Source of the DNA: Octopus sinensis
Lineage: Eukaryota
NCBI RefSeq assembly: GCF_006345805.1
Contig: NW_021834303.1
Coordinates: 1-57,231, forward strand
DNA: 57,231 nucleotides
Direction: 5' to 3'
Shown here: piece after piece, positions 54,759-57,231 of the stretch
Layout of the letters: the number at the start of each line of letters is the position of its first letter
Numbering within the stretch: position 1 is the stretch's first letter
Notes under the pieces: model-generated
Seen by the model: the letters and a program-made list of their open reading frames with translations, nothing else
Told to the model about the DNA's origin: nothing
The model's database searches: none
Translations under genes and position numbers: made by a program

Positions 54759-55623
54759 ATCCGGAGTGTTGCCATAGTAACGAAGATAGAATACAGAGAG
54801 TGAAACTGCTTCGCAGAGATTGACCTTGAGCTGCAGTGCATCGCACTAAGTTTTAGAGTTTTAGCTTGCTGTGTTTACAGCAATGCTTGGAAGGAACGTG
54901 TTCAGCGTGTGATCGTTGCATTGACCATGACAGAGAAAGTTGAACTGAGAACCTGCAGCAAATTTTGCCAAAAGCTTGGTAATACCTGCTCAGAGGCATA
55001 CGCAAAGTTTTCAAGATGTTTCCATCATTCTCGACACAATCAAGGAGATTTTGTGCAATTGAACCCCAAGTGTCTTTTTGGCCAGCTGAAAGCAGTTGTG
55101 GCACAACGTTGGTAGATGCGCGTATCGTACCCAAATCTTCAATGAACTGAACTGTAACTAATCTGCACGCCCTCTGATAACACACGAATGGTAATTTGAC
55201 AATTTCTCCCTCTCACCTGCTCGCATATCTGTGGTGTTTTTCTCAGTTCTGCTACTTGCGGGACTCCCAGAACATTCGTCGATATCGACATTTTTTCGGC
55301 CAGCTTGGAAACTTCTGAACCAATCGTACACTTGTGTGCGGCTCATACACTCCTCTCCATACACTTTCTGCGCCTTTGCAGAAGCTTCTGAGCAGATATT
55401 ACCATGACAAGTTCCTCTGTCATGGTGAATGTGACGATCACACGCAACATACCTTCCTTCTAAGCACTGCTGTAAACAGTGGAAGTGAGCTAGGACGTTA
55501 ACATTTAGTGCGCACGCACAGCAGAGTTCAAGGTCAAACTGTGCCAAGCGGCTTCACTCTGGGTTCTTTAGCATGCTTCGTTACCATGGCAACAGTCTGG
55601 ATACTTATTGATCAGTCCTCGTA
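54759..55623 (-). mobile_element. Mariner derivative with two inverted 5' ends
   Basis: Right end TACGAGGACTGATCAATAAGTATCC; minus-strand VYGEECMSRTQVYDWFRSFQAGR, VVPQLL; plus-strand MTEKVELRTCSKFCQKLG. Confidence 0.8.
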
Positions 55624-55656
55624 TGTATATATATATATATACATATATATATATAC

Positions 55657-55730
<74 letters not shown>

Positions 55731-56429
55731 ATATATATATATATATACTTTGTGTCTGGGAGAGCCATTTTCTTTTTGTGCCTTATAATGTAACACACTC
55801 ACCGGTAAAATTTCCACTTATTTCTTATTTTCATTTTCCTAGCAAAATGCCTCTCCCCAGACACAACAGAATATGCTTCAACACACGAAGTCATATAAAG
55901 AATCTTGCAAACCTAATCCCAAAACGAAATAAATATATATATATACGTATGTGTGCATATGTAGGTATATCTATATGTTAATATGTTTATGCATGAATGT
56001 GTATACGTGTGCTTGTACGTGTGCGTATTATTTAGTTCTGTTTCTTTCCTACATCTGTTTATATTCTTAAGTGTTACATTCCCACGAGACCCCAGAACAG
56101 ATCGACTTTTAATACAGAGATTTCGTCAACAGGTTTACTCAACTTCTCTTTCGCTCTTTTCTCCGGGTCGCTCAAGGGAATTCCTCTCTCACTCTTCATA
56201 TCATTCTGCACACTGGCTAAACACACCCGTATTATATATACACCATTATCACATCTACTATGGTATAATAAACTCGGCAGTTGTCCAACAAGTGATTTAT
56301 TCGTGGTTCGAGTCGCATCTCCACTGGTTTTGCGTTTGTTCCCCGATTGTTAATCCAGAACATGGCAGAAACAAGAATCCGTGAGATGAAGGCTGGACGA
56401 AATACCCGTTCAGCAGTTTGATATTTTGC

Positions 56430-56656
56430 TTGCTACAGTCATTGGACTGCGGCCATGCCGGGGCAGTGCCCCCAAGATTTTTAGGCAAACAAATTCACGC
56501 CAATAATCTTTTTTTATTTAAGCTTGGTAACTTATTCTATCGGTCTCATTGCCGAACTTCAAACAAACCAACACCGGTTGTCAAGTGTTGGTACTAAATA
56601 AAGACAAGAACAACGACACACGATTAGATGCATACACATACGCACATACACATACG

Positions 56657-56688
<32 letters not shown>

Positions 56689-57231
56689 TATTATAAGAGT
56701 AAAAAAAATAGCAACAAAAATTTCGGGCCTTGTGCTTAGAGTAGAATATTGTCATCGGTCATAAAGGTGGCGAGCTGGCAGAAACGTTAGCACGCCGGGC
56801 GAAATACTTAACGGTATTTCGTCTGCCGCAACGTTCTGAGTTCAATGCTTAGAGGCATTTCGCCCGGCGTGCTAACGATTCTTATTTATTTACTGCCCAC
56901 AAGGGGCTAAACACAGAGGGGACAAACAAGGACAGACAAACAGATTAAGTCGATTATATCGACCCCAATGCGTAACTGGTACTTATTTCATCGACCTCGA
57001 AAGGATGAAAGGCAAAGTGGACCTTGGCGGTACTTGAACTAAAATCTTATAGACAAATGAAATGCCGCTAACCATTTTTTGGCATCCTAATAATTCTTTC
57101 GGCTCGATGTCTTTAATAATTTTTTTTGTAATTTAGACACAAGATCAGCAATTTTGGATTGTGGCGGGTCAGTGGATAAACATGAACCTAGGAGATGACT
57201 GGTGCTTTATTTTATCGACTTTGGAATGATG
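56430..57231. mobile_element. Cluster of SINE family A tail and family B fragments in both orientations
   Basis: Similarity to other copies. Confidence 0.75.

Noticed and set aside
55750-55866. Short inverted repeat TGTGTCTGGGAGAG / CTCTCCCCAGACACA
   Set aside because: Probably rearranged repeat fragments; insufficient support for an element

Overview
AT-rich, repeat-saturated eukaryotic intronic/intergenic DNA with no convincing host protein-coding exon. Most ORFs in the supplied track are translations of (TA)n, (CA)n, (TAA)n, (ATC)n and (GATA)n microsatellites. The repeat repertoire looks like a cephalopod (Octopus-type) genome; this is an inference from recalled repeat sequences, not a database result. 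Recognisable elements: a full-length but frameshifted Tc1 (DD34E, IR/DR ends), two decayed Penelope-like elements (RT + GIY-YIG), several R4/Dong-like RLE LINE fragments embedded in (TAA)n, CR1-like 3' ends, a non-autonomous Helitron, mariner derivatives, and about 30 tRNA-SINE copies from 3-4 families. Main discovery: at 16223-17950 there is a non-coding ~486-bp tandem array (2.8 direct units plus an inverted partial unit). Every unit carries a type I hammerhead ribozyme fold (AUUUCUUA-CUGACGA-stem II-GAAA-CGGUGCAUCG-UA|UAAGAAAU), with an intact core in three of four copies. This is the architecture of a retrozyme: a self-cleaving, potentially circular RNA retroelement. At least 4-6 further short elements with hammerhead or hammerhead-like folds (29858, 30365, 20253/45306, 49855, 45845, 53240) also sit in (TA)n tracts. 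Together these suggest an ecosystem of ribozyme retroelements mobilised by Penelope-like elements.
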